A stretch of DNA of 64,000 nucleotides from contig OX597819.1 of assembly GCA_951406725.2 (NCBI GenBank), positions 35,278,001 to 35,342,000 on the forward strand, given 5' to 3'. Below are positions 51,225-63,594 of the stretch, in pieces. How positions within the stretch are numbered: the first letter of the stretch is position 1; every line of letters begins with the position of its first letter. The notes beneath the pieces are model-generated. The model saw nothing but the letters and a program-made list of their open reading frames with translations, did not search any database and had not been told where the DNA came from. Origin of the DNA: Octopus vulgaris. Taxonomy: Eukaryota. The position numbers and the translations under genes were made by a program.

Positions 51225-52912
51225 TGATCGTCCGTTTTTCCATGCTGCTATGGGTTGGATGGTTTGACTGGGGACTGGCAAGCCAGGAGGCCTCACCAGG
51301 CTCCAATCTGATCTGGCAATGTTTCTATAGCTGGATACCCTTCCTAACACCAATCACACCAAGTGTGGGGTGGGCTGGCATCAACCACGTTCGGATGGTG
51401 CTTTTTACGTGTCACTGGCATGGGGAGCCAGTCGGGCAGCACTTGCAACGACCCATGCATAAATGATGCTTATTGCGTGCCACTAGCACGAGAGCCAGTT
51501 AGGTGGCACTGGCATTAGCCACAACTACAATTTCCATTTTTGATTGCGATTTGATTTTTTTGATTTTACTTGACTCAATAGGTCTCTTCAAGCATGGCAT
51601 GTTACCCGACGATTCAGTGGTACTTGTTAAATGGGCTGGTTATGCAACACTGGTATAGGCTATGGCTGTGATCTCACTTTACTTGCCAGGTCTTCTCAAT
51701 CACAGAGGTCTTGGCCTTTCATCATTGCCTCTGTGAGGCCCAACTTTCAGAGGTCATGCTTCACTACCTCATCCCATGTCTTCCTAGGCCTCCCTCTTCC
51801 ACGAGTTCCTTCCACTGTTAGGGAGTGACACTTCGTCACACAGCTCTCCTCATCCATTCACATGACCATACCAGCACAGTTGTCTCTCTTGCACACCACA
51901 TTTGATGCTTCTTATGTCCAACATTTCCCTCAGGGCACTTACACTCTGTTGTGTGTGCACACTGACATCACACATCCAGCGGATCATACCATCTTCATTT
52001 CTTTCAAGCCTACACATGTCTTCAGCAGTCATGGCCCATGTTTCACTGCTGCGTGGCATGGCAGTTCACACACATGCATCATACAATCTACCTTTCACTG
52101 TGAGCTTTCTGACCTTTGACTAGGCTATTCTTATTCTAGTGGCAACACTCTCTGAGCATCCACCCCTAGTACAGACATGGTTGCCTAAGTAGTGGAAGCT
52201 ATGAACTACTTCTTGTTTCTCTCCCAGCATGTGATGGAATCCATTTCCTGAGCATCTGCGTGGTTTATTGCCCCTGTGCATCTGCCACATACAAAAGCTA
52301 TCATCCCGGTTAACCTTCCTTTGATGTTGCTGTACCTCTTATGCATCCATAGCTCACACTGGGTACATCTTATGGAGTTTCTACCTACACCTTTTCTACA
52401 GATCAAGCAGGACCATCTACCTAAAGGGGCTTGTGATGTGTTTGCCTTCCTACTTTCTAGGACTTTGGTTTTTGCAACATTGACTCTAAGGCCCTTCAAT
52501 TCTAAACCTTGCTTCCACACCTGGAATTTCTTCTCTAGTTCTGGTAGTGATTCCACTATGAGAGCAAGGGCATCAGCATAGAGGAGCTCCTGGGTGCAAC
52601 CTGTCTTGAATTCCTCTGTTATTGCCTGGAGGACTATGATGAATAAGAGGGAGCTGAGGGCTGATCCTTGGTGAACCCCTACTTCTACCTAGAATTCTTC
52701 ACTATACTCATTGCCAACCCTTACCTTACTAACGGCATCCCTGTACAGCTCATATTAACCACTCGTCAATCCCCAGTTTCCCCAATCAGGGGATCCTGTC
52801 AAAGGCTTTCTCTAAGTCAACAAAAGCCAAGTATAGGAGTTTATCTTTGGCTAGGTATTTCTCCTGCAGTTGCCTTACCAGGAATATAGCATCAATGATG
52901 CTTCTCATTGGC
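51225..52912 (-). mobile_element. 5'-truncated RTE-clade LINE, same family
   Basis: DAIFLVRQLQEKYLAKDKLLYLAFVDLEKAFDRIP, ELLYADAL, GLRVNVAKTKV, WYGHV; 5' end abuts a (TA)n tract. Confidence 0.9.
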
Positions 52913-53924
52913 ATATATATATATATAAATATATATGTATATGTATGTATGTATGTATGTATGTATATATGTGTGTGTATATATGTTTGTGTGTCTGTGT
53001 TTGTCCCCGTCAACATCAGCCGATGCTGGTGTGATTACATTCCTGTAACTTAGCGGTTTAGCAAATGAGACTGATAGAATAAGTATTAGGCTTACAAAGA
53101 ATAAGTCCTGGGATCGATTTGCTCAACTAAAGGCGGTGCTCCAGCATGACCACAGTCAAATGACTGAAACAAGTAAAAGAGTAAAAAGAAAATTTGACAG
53201 TAATCTGAAAGCTTAGGCTCTAACCACTGAGCCATGTGCCTTCACATGGCTCAGCGGTTAGAGCATTGGGCTCACAATCATGAGGTAGTAAATTCGATTC
53301 CTGGACTCTTTTGTGTGTTGTGTTCTTGAGAAAGACACTTTATTTCATGTTGCTCCAGTTCACTCAGCTGTAGAAATGAGTTGTGACGTCACTTGTACCA
53401 AGCTGTAAATAGATCTCTGGTTTAGAGTAACTTCATTTCTTCATTCCATCAGTTTTAGAATCCCTAAAAAAAAATAAAGGGTTATAGATGTTGATCTTCT
53501 CTCCTTCCCCTACCACAAAACAGTAAAAAAGAGAAAAAAGAAAAAACAAAATACATGTGTTGCTGCTGCTATTTGAATAGAGACTATGATGAAGTCTTCC
53601 TCTCAGGATGTTTTAAAAGATGTGTAAGCCTAGTGAAAATTATTGAACTTATAGACAGAAAAGATGTGTGTACAAGAGAAAGGAAAATTTAAGTTACGTT
53701 ATCCATGTAGATTGTGCTCAATTACATGTAATATATATGACTGTGTATGAATGCATATGCAAAGCAAGCTATTAATTATATATGACTAAGTTGGACATAG
53801 TATTAGTGAATTTATTTTTACTAGAACAATTGATTTTCCTAAAATAGGTAACATATTTGCAGTTAGAGGGAACAATATTCTTCAGAAGAACAAAAAGTAG
53901 AAAAAGTGTTGTATGCTTAACTCT

Positions 53925-54152
53925 TTACTCTCTCTTTTACTCTCTTTTACTTGTTTCAGTCATTTGACTGTGGCCATGCTGGAGCACTGCCTTTAGTCGA
54001 GCAAATCGACCCCAGGATTTATTCTTTGTAAGCCTAGTACTTATTCTATCGGTCTCTTTTGCTGAATTGCTATGTTACAGGGACATGAACACACCAGCAT
54101 CGATTGTCAAGCAATGCTAGGGGGACAAACACAGACACACAAACACACACAC

Positions 54153-54210
<58 letters not shown>

Positions 54211-54375
54211 GACAAGCGTCTTTCAGTTTCCATCTACCAAATCCACTCACAAGGCATTGGTCGGCCCGAGGCTATAATAGAAGACACTTGCCCAAAGTGC
54301 CACGCAGTGGGACTGAACCCGGAACTATGTGGTTAGTAAGCAAGCTACTTACCACACAGCCACTCCTGCACCTAT
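53925..54375 (-). mobile_element. Full-length family-B SINE; an older plus-strand copy follows at about 54378-54720
   Basis: Closely matches 21352-21760; related heads at about 12140, 17020, 20520, 28770 and 3' parts at about 14823-14960, 17365-17470, 52990-53190. Confidence 0.88.
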
Positions 54376-55718
54376 AAGAAGTTTATTTTGCAACTATATG
54401 GTTTTTGGTTCAGTTCTACTGTGCAGCACCATTGGCAAGTGTCTTCTAGTATACAGCCCTGGATCAACCAATACTTTGTGAGTGAATTTGATGGACGGAA
54501 ACTGTGCAGAAACCTGTTGTGTGTGTTTGTGTTTGTCTCTCACCAGCTAGGTGCCAATTAGGTTTGTTTGCATCCCTGTAACTTAGTGGTTTAGCAAAAA
54601 GAGACTGATTAAATAAATACCAGATTTAAAATGCTGGAGGGTGATTTGATTTGATCAACTAACCCCTAAAAGACAGTGCCTTAGCTTGGCTACATTCAAT
54701 GACTGAAACATGTAAATGAGTTAATGAATATTTAATTATGTGAATTATAGCTAGACTAGCAAACACACATATCCTTTGGATGGTTTAAGTTGCTTTGGTG
54801 GTATTTTTTTCACCAAATAATTGAACTACTAAGAGGGTTTATGAGTAGCGCGCTAATCTATGTTTCTGATTAACCTAGGAATGAAAACCAAATTGAAAAC
54901 TGGTTATTGTGGAGGTCGTTGCACTTTAATGGTCATAGAACATATAAGGTTGCAAGTGATACAGAGTAGAGCTACTGAAGTGTTTGGGGAGTAGATTATG
55001 GATAATGACTACAAAATACAGTTGTTTTACATGGAAGTGAAATTTCTTGTCAGAAACAGCCACATGAATGGTGTAAGGAAATTGAAGGAAGATGTTGAAA
55101 CTTCCCCTCTGTGAATTTATTTTATTCAGCAGCAAAGGGAGCTATTTCATTTTGGCGAGAAGTATGATTGGTATGTTAAAAAATGGCAATATAATACCTG
55201 CTTGAAAAAGTAGAGTTAAAAAAATGTATTTGCTACATGTTTACAGTGTATGACCACTCTGAAATTGACTTCAGTAATGAAAAAGGAAGATATAAAGAGT
55301 TTGACTTTAGTAGGCGAATACCGTTTTGAATCTTTAGCAGTTCACAGTGAAAAGATGTTGCATTCGAAATATCATAATGGATGGGTAAATAAGCACCCTT
55401 AAAGTGAAACAACGCATTGGTAGGTATCAACAAATAGAAGAGAGGGAAGAGAACATCACCTTTCAAGTAACTCAGAATAGGTAAAGGTAAGCTTGCCAAA
55501 GTTTAATGCAGTTTAACTATGGAGATTAAGATTGTTTGCTATTGGACAGTTAAAATAAATAAATAGACAAAATCCTTTCACTTTTATATTCTCTAACCAA
55601 GTAATAATACACTGAAGCTCTGGGCAAAATGTTATTGTGTATGACCATCCTTGGGACATAAGTAATGTGTGTGTAAAGTTTAGTGAAAATCAGTTGAGAA
55701 TTGTGGAAATGTATGTGT

Positions 55719-56567
55719 TACATTATTTATGTTATTTACATTTGATGGATATTTGTCCTCATCTTGTTTATTGTTAACACATTTTGGCTGATATACTCTC
55801 CAGCCTTCATCAGGTGAAAGGCCTCTCTGAAAAGATACAAAAGATATGTGGCCCATATTACATCAGGACAGTATTCAAGAGTAATACAACACTTCACAAA
55901 TAACTCCTTTGAGTAAAACCACCAATAGAAGAGAATATGACCAAAGACTGCATGTACTCCATCTCATGCAGCTGTGGTAGGTTATATAAAGGTGAAACAT
56001 GCTGCCCCCTCAAAATAAGGGTAGAGGAACTTCACAAAGCTGTGACACGAGGAACTATTGATAAATCAGGTATAGCTTATCATGAATGGAAAAATGGAGA
56101 CCACCTTCCCCTGTGGGATGAAGCTAAAATAATAGACAGAGAACACCAGTGGAAAATATAAAAACTAAAAGAAGCAGCACATATGCTAGGACACAACAAC
56201 CTCCTAAGCAGATCAAGTGCAGATATGAATAGCATATGGGAACCAATATTAAGGAAGGATAGGAAAATATTAGATTTATGAGCCCTAAAATTCACTCCAT
56301 AATTGCCCGCGGGCATATGGTGTTGTGGTTAAGAGTGCAATCTACTAACCCCAAGATTCCGAGTTTGATTCCAGGCTGTGGAATTATTATGACATCGAAA
56401 ATTACCTTAGGAATGAGAACCCAAGTTCAAAATTTTCCCAAGACACCTGATGAAGGCTGGAGGGTATATCAGCTGAAACATTGTGTTAACAACAAACAAG
56501 ATGAGGACAAATATCCGTCAAATGTAAATAATGTACATAATTCCTCATCTCTTAAATATAGAACTGT
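55719..56567 (+). mobile_element. 5'-truncated Penelope-like retroelement: GIY-YIG endonuclease remnant with inverted pseudo-LTRs
   Basis: KGLSEKIQKICG..IRTVFKSNTTL..MYSISCSCGRLYKGET..LKIRVEE..SGIAYH..LWDEAKII..KLKEA with stop codons; 55732-55816 is an inverted copy of about 56444-56531. Confidence 0.85.
56442..56487 (+). ncRNA. Minimal hammerhead-like motif in the Penelope pseudo-LTR (CpG-decayed)
   Basis: gacac-CTGATGA-a ggctg gagggtatat cagct-GAAAC ATT-gtgtt; stem I gacac/gtgtt; stem III would be palindromic AACGTT before one CpG transition. Confidence 0.65.
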
Positions 56568-57604
56568 ATTATGTATGTATTAGTCAATATACACACACAT
56601 ACTGTGATTTATATATATTAGATAAGATATAATATTGACTTCAAATTTTTGGCACAAGGCCAGCAATTTCAGGGGAGTGATTAAGTCAGATTGATCCCAG
56701 TGCTCAATTGGTACTTATTTTATTGACCCCAAAATGATGAAAGGCTAAGTTGACCTTGACAGGAGTAAATGTAAAGATGGATGAAATGCTGCTTAAGATT
56801 TTACCTGGCATTCTAACAGTTGTGCCAGCTTGTCACCCTTGGAAAAAGATTCAATATTATTAGAAGATAATTATAGAAGATGAGTAACTCTTATTTAGCA
56901 TAATACTTTAGTTATGTAAATTAATGTCTAAGCATGTCCTCTTGGTTGCAAAATTTGTGAAAAATCAATAATATTTTGAAGCTGAATTTTTATGTCTTTA
57001 AAATTATATGATGATCAGAATTGCTTATTGATGTCTTTTATCTGTCAGTATACTTTCAGCAAATCATTTGTTGATGATTCCCACATTGAAAGTGTTAAGA
57101 AACTCAAATTCAGACTTCTAATCCCATCAAATAGTATGAAGCGATGATTACCTTCTTTGTATTAACTGTCCTCTAGGGGAGGGATCTCTAACCACTGGAC
57201 TGCAGACCAACACTGGGCCATAAAGCATTTGGTTCTGGGATGCACAGAAAGAATAAATTTAAAAATTTCTATTCTATTGGCTATCAGTCTCCAGTGTGCT
57301 TTTTGGCATTATATATGTAATAATTAAGTTATGAAAAAATTGTCTTGTATGAAATTGGTTTGTGGGAACATCATGCATTTTTACGTGAAATTCTAAAATA
57401 TACTATATATTAAAAAATGACATACTGATGAAATAGACAGATGTTGTAGAGATATTTTTGACCTGACAAGCCCTCTCCAGGTTTGATCATAGCCAATTTC
57501 TTCTTCAAGAAAGCAATACTCAGACTGAGAGAGAGAGAGAGAGTCTAGTTTGTCTAGCACTGTTGGTGAACAACAGCAAACAGCTCTTACCTCTGCTTAT
57601 GACA

Positions 57605-57702
57605 AAATGTTTTTAGGCTTACCACAGTCATGCCTCTGTACAAATTCATACAGTGGTATGAATTTGTACAGAGGCATGACTGTGGTAAGCCTAAAAACAT
57701 TT
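57605..57702. repeat. Perfect inverted repeat, 47-bp arms, 4-nt loop
   Basis: aaatgtttttaggcttaccacagtcatgcctctgtacaaattcatac-agtg-exact reverse complement. Confidence 0.95.
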
Positions 57703-57717
57703 AGTTAATCACTAAAT

Positions 57718-57835
57718 CAGTGGTCCCTAAACTTCTTATGTCGCAGAATCCTTCGACATTATTTTTAAAAACGTGGAACCCCTGATAACTTTCAGGGAAC
57801 CCTGGAGTTTTGTAGAACACATTTTGGGAATCCCT
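57718..57835. mobile_element. Small hAT/Charlie-like MITE remnant
   Basis: cagtggtccctaaac ... ttttgggaatccctg termini; TSD not convincingly preserved. Confidence 0.45.
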
Positions 57836-58764
57836 GCTCCAGATTAACAACTTGACACTACATTATGGACATTTAGTGGTAACTGCACAAGAAAGCTATG
57901 TGACCTTCTTTATAGGTTATGTTATTTACCAGGACGCATGTTTTGATGCATAGAATTAGTAATATTACTGTAATTCATTGTGCTTTTGTTTTTATTTGCT
58001 TAGAGATCAGTTGGGTTTCAGATTCTAGCTTGAATTTCAGCCCCTCAAAAGTAGTATCCATGTAATAGTTGACTCCATAAATTAGACCTTAAAAAATGGT
58101 CTAAAAAATTTGACTTTTACTTGAGTATATATGGTATGGATTTTGATCTCACACTCTAAGGAGGCCATAAAAATCTCTGTCCCTCCTTGTCTTCAAGACA
58201 AAGAATTAAAAGCCCCACATGTAATCCTTTTTTTACAAGTAGAAAACAACAAAAGTACTTTTAATTTTCAGAAGGCTATCAATTAGAGATATCTTAGTAA
58301 TTAACTTACATTTTAGTTTTTATATTAATTAAAGTGGTGGATTGGCAGAAGTGTTATAGCATCAAAGGAAAAAAAAAAGAGGAGAAAAAGAAAAGAAAAT
58401 GCACCTTGTGATGTTTGATTCAAAATTCTTTATATTTTAAGTTCAAAGCTTGCTTGGGTCAGTTTTGAATTTCATCTTTCTAGGATCAATAAAATAACTG
58501 TTGAAGTACTGGGTTGATTTAGTTGACTAATCATGCCAAAAATTTGTGGTTTTGTGCCTAGTTTGAAGTTAATGCTTATATTAATTAAGGTGGTGAGCTG
58601 GCAGAACTGTTAGCAGCAGCCCTCAACTCTATCCAAGTAAGATATTTACCCATGATCTTCCTTTTCTCATGGAAAAATAGGGATGAAGGACACTGCTTGC
58701 ATAGCAGAGATATTCATTTCCAACTAACATGCACTATCAAGGGAGGGGGCAGTAAAATACACAC

Positions 58765-59770
58765 TGCACCAGGCTCTAATCTGATCTGGCAGAGTTTCTA
58801 CAGCTGGATGCCCTTCCTGACGCCAACCACTCCAAGAGTGTAGTAGGTGCTTTTATGTGCCACCGGCACGAGGGCCAGTCAGGCGGTACTGGCAATAGCT
58901 GTGCTCAAATGGTGCTTTTTATGTGCCACTTACACAGGAGCCAGTCCAGTGGCACTGGCAACGACCTCACTCGAATGTTTTTTCACGTGCCACCAGCACA
59001 AGTGCCAGTAAGGCGACGCAGGCAATGATCATGCTCGAAAGGTGCTTTTTATGTGCCACCGGCACAGAAGCCAGTTTGATGCTCTGGCAACGATCACGCT
59101 CGGATGGTACTCTTAGTGCGCCACTAACACGGATGCCAGTCATCGAATTTGATTTCGATTTCAGTTGTCTCAACAGGTCTTTGCAAGCAGAGTTTAGTGT
59201 CCAATGAAGGATAGGTATGCATAAGTGGGCTGGTTACACCCCTGGCATAGGCCACGAGGTTATGGTCTCACTTGGCTTGCCGAGTCTTCTCAAGCACAGC
59301 ATATTTCTACAGGTCCTGGTCACTAGTCATTGCCTCGGTGAGGCCCAATGTTCAAAGGTCATGCTTCACCACCTCATCCCAGGTCTTCCTGGGTCTACCT
59401 CTTCCACAGGTTCCCTCAACCACTAGGGTATGGCACTTTTTCACACAGCTATCCTCATCCATTCTCGCCATATGGCCATACCAGTGCAGTCGTCTCTCTT
59501 GCACACCACCTTTGATGCGTCTTAGGTCCAACTTTTCTCTCAAGGTACTTACACTCTGTTGAGTATGCACGCTGACATTAAACACCCATGGGAGCATACT
59601 GGCTTCATTCCTTGTGAGCTTACACATGTCCTCAGCAGTTACACCCCATGTTTCGCTGCCATGTAGCATGGCTGTTTGTACACATGCGTCATACAGTCTA
59701 CCTTTTATTCTGAGCAAGAGGCCTTTTGTCATAAGCAGAGGTAAGAGCTCTCTGAAATTTTCCCAGGCTA
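58765..59770 (-). mobile_element. RTE LINE 3' fragment
   Basis: KGRLYDACVQTAMLHGSETW..RRLHWYGHMARM..GRGRPRKTW plus family 3' UTR. Confidence 0.88.
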
Positions 59771-59869
59771 TTTATATATATAACGGGAAGCTTTATGAAA
59801 ATAGACAAAAGACGAAGGCAGGTTTACGGAAATAAACAAAAGACGAAGGCAGGTGGAATACAAACAAAC

Positions 59870-59915
<46 letters not shown>

Positions 59916-59919
59916 ATAT

Positions 59920-60950
59920 ATCAAGTCATTAAGTGTGAAATGCCTGATTTTCTTATGCATCAAGTTTGACATTTGTTAAATCTAATGTTTTATGCTGACA
60001 ATTCTTTGTTTTACAACATTGAAGAGTTACGTTATCACTTTTCAAAATGCTATTCATGGTGTCTGATTATATTTTGAGTTTTCTCTTGTAAATCAATTTT
60101 TGTGAACCCATGGATAGATAAAAAATTTGCATTGTTTATGAAAATAAGTTTCGTTGTGGAACTAATGCATCCCAGACAGCTTGAAATATTGATGAGGTGT
60201 TTGGTGAAGATGTGGTGAATGAGCACACTGTATGTCGATGGTTTGAGAAGTTCTGGTCTGGTAACTTTACTCTTGAAAATCATCCTCATGGTAGACCTGA
60301 GACAAAGGTAGATAATAATGAACTAGAAACTGTAGTTTGATACATCTCAAATTACTTGAGTTAGCAGCAAGGTTTAATGTTTTGATTCCAACTGTATTAG
60401 ACCATCTGAAACAAATTGGTAAGGTAAATATACTGGACAAGTGGTTACCACACAAACTAAATGAGCATCAAATGACACATTGTCTTGAAACTTGCTGTTC
60501 TTTGCTGTCATGGCATAAAAGTGAGCCATTTTTGCATCATATTGTTACATGTGATGAAAAATGGATTCTTTCCAACAGTAGCAAGCATTCTGCATGGTGG
60601 TTGGATAGAGACGAAGTGCCAATACACAATCCAAAAAAAGAATATTCACCAAAAAAAACTAATGATGTCTGGTGGTCCAGTGCTGGTGTCATCCACTACA
60701 TCTTCTTGAGACCTGGTAAGTCAATTACAGCAAATGTATACATCAACGAATTGGATAAATGATGAGTGAACTTGTAAATAAACCAAGATTGGTCAATAGA
60801 GATAGGCCAATTCTCTTGCAAGACAATGTTTGACCACATGTTGCACAAAGAATGCTACTCAAGTTACAGGAACTGAACTTGGAAGTACTCTATCATCCAT
60901 CATAGTCACCAGACCTTGCACCAACTGACTATCACGTTTTCCAGGCATCT
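59920..60950 (+). mobile_element. Decayed mariner (DD34D-type) transposon, 3' end missing
   Basis: Frame-broken transposase from 60110: RWFEKF.SG, WLPHKL, IVTCDEKWI, LQDN..PH, SPDLAPTDYH. Confidence 0.9.
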
Positions 60951-61625
60951 ATAATTGTAAAAATTAAAAGTAATTCAAATTCAATGTCTTCTTGAAACAA
61001 TAAATTTCTATAGAGATTAGGATTTAAATTCCAATCTATGAAAAGTTTCCATTCTATAATGTTCTTAAAGGAACGAAACATTATCCAGCAACATGGGCTA
61101 ATATGAACAAGCCTAACCAGCATCTCTTGTCAAGAGTACAGGCAACAGCCAGATAGTTGATGTTTGTTGTTCACTCTGCTGTCATTATTTGATTGCTGTT
61201 ATTCTGTGTGTCTGTGTGTAAAGATCAGTTGTGTTTTGCTTTATTTTTCACCCTTAACCTAGAAATGGAGAAAGACATAGTCCTAGATATGACAAATAAG
61301 TAATCTGGGTTAGAAATAAAGCAGAAAAATGTGAAATTCTTTCAGCAGGCATGTGTCTTATGTGAAATCTGTGTTGAGCCTGAGTGACGCTGATGATCTG
61401 GAGTCACAGCCACCTCTGGCCCCTGTGCCAGTGGCACATAAAAAGCACCCACTACACTCATGGAGTGGTTGGCGTTAGGAAGGGCATCCCACTGTAGAAA
61501 CACTGCCAGATCTTGGTGTTTTAGTTACTAAGTTCTATCTATCTTTCACAGACTACTCCAACAATCTCTTTGCACCCTCAGTACATTTCAGCTTCCTTCA
61601 CAGCTTTCATTCCACACTGGACTGA

Positions 61626-61676
<51 letters not shown>

Positions 61677-61989
61677 GTCCAAGGAATAAGGCTAACCTTG
61701 AGCTTGCTGGAGAAGATACTTGCATGGTCACTTACAAAACCCAACCCAGAGAAATCTTGTGATCTGAGTATCCTGAATCCAGAAAGGAAAAAAGCAATAC
61801 AATGCCTTCAGAAGAATTCTGACAAGATCCTGTAGTACAGCAGTAATGCCAAACATACTATGACTCATCAAAACAGCTAGCTCAAAACAATTGACAATAA
61901 CCAACTACTTGGGATGCTTAACATGAATTTCTTCCAGAACAGCATATATCCAAACTGCAATGGCCATTCCTTCTATATATCAGAGTAAT

Positions 61990-63207
61990 GGCACTATCCC
62001 ATAAATAATGTGGTTTTTTACACTTATTTTTCAAATTTAAGATAAACAAAAATTCGTTTCTTATCTAAAATATACTCTTCTTCATTTCCTACAATGCTCT
62101 TCCATCTATCTGGTAGATTTGCAAGGCCCCTCTTCCAAAATTCACTTGTCTGTGATGCAAAATACTCCTTCTGCAGAAAAATACTACAGAATAAATGATA
62201 ATCAGATGGGCAGTGTCTGGTGAATATGGTGGCTGGGATATCATTTCCCATTCAAACTGCTCCAGCCTTTGGAATGTCATTCTTGCTGTATGTGGCCAAG
62301 CATTATCCTGATGGAAGAACACCTTTCGTCTTGAAACCAAAGATGGTCGTTTTTCTTCAGGCACTGACTTAAGCCACTCAAGCTGCCAACAGTAGATCTC
62401 CTTTGTTATTGTTTGGTTTGCATTTAAAAGATCAAAGTGGACTAAACCTTTCATACCGCACCAAACAGATAACTACACCTTATGTTGGTGAAGAGCTTCT
62501 TTGGCCTGGGGTACTGGTGTTTCTCCTCTCCCTACCCACTCTCCTCAGCACTTGACATTTTTATAGAGAACCCATTTCTCATCTCCAGTCACTATTCAGT
62601 CCAAAAAAGGTTAATTCGTGAGACATGACAGCAAAGAAGAGCACACATTCACTCTCTGTACGCGATTAGATTCAGGAAGTTTGTGAGGAACCCATTGACC
62701 CAATTTGCTGACTTTTCTGATGGCACATAGGTGTCGATGAATGGTTGAACGACCAAATCCAAGCTTCTCTGCTAGTTCCTCAACAGTTACGATGGGATTT
62801 TGTACCATCAGGGTTTGCAGAACATCCTCATCAAGCTCTGAGGCTTGTCTTCTAGGCTGTAGTTTCCAGCTTGGGATTTCTGGAACCACCGTTGACACTG
62901 GCTTGTGCTTATTGTCTGACCCCCATATACTGTATTAATATTCCTCACACATTCTTTTGTGTTGCTACCTTTATTGAACTCATAAAGCAAAATATGCCGA
63001 ATATGCTCCTTTACAACTTCTGTTATAGCTTTGAAAAAATAACTATTAAAATCGAACTGCACTCTTCAAAACTTGCACTAAGAATCAGTACAAGGTAAAA
63101 TTACTACCTGCTATTATAGCAAGTTGATGCCGTTATTTTATCCCATCCCCCTCTGACTTTTAGTTCATACAATTGAAAAAATTGCATTATTTATTGGATG
63201 ACCCCAA

Positions 63208-63208
<1 letters not shown>
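61990..63208 (-). mobile_element. Decayed near full-length mariner transposon
   Basis: KEHIRHILLYEFNKG, WVPHKL, HQDNAWPHT, PPYSPD, SDYHLF motifs across frameshifts; TIR ttggggtcatccaataaataatgc at the right end and a degenerate copy near 61995-62015. Confidence 0.9.
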
Positions 63209-63279
<71 letters not shown>

Positions 63280-63594
63280 CACACATTGGGGTCATCCAAT
63301 AAATAATGCGATTTTAATGGACTTAAAGAGAGTAAAAGAAAGAAGGAAAGAAAATAAAAAAATAAAAAAGATGCATCTATTTGCGGTAGATATATGAATG
63401 TAATTTCTATCCAGGCATGGATTTTGCTATGAATTTGCAATGGGAATATTGATAACTTTGATTTTGCCTAGGATTGGCAAGTGTACCTGTTGATTATGGG
63501 ATATAGTTCTATTGTTCTTTTTCTTTACCTCAGATAAGTATTGACACTGCTCCACTGCTAGGTGTTTTAGTTACTAAAAAACTTTCAAAAACTT

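Noticed and set aside
56303-56380. Functional tRNA gene
   Set aside because: Acceptor and anticodon stems do not pair properly; only A/B-box-like remnants inside a retroelement.
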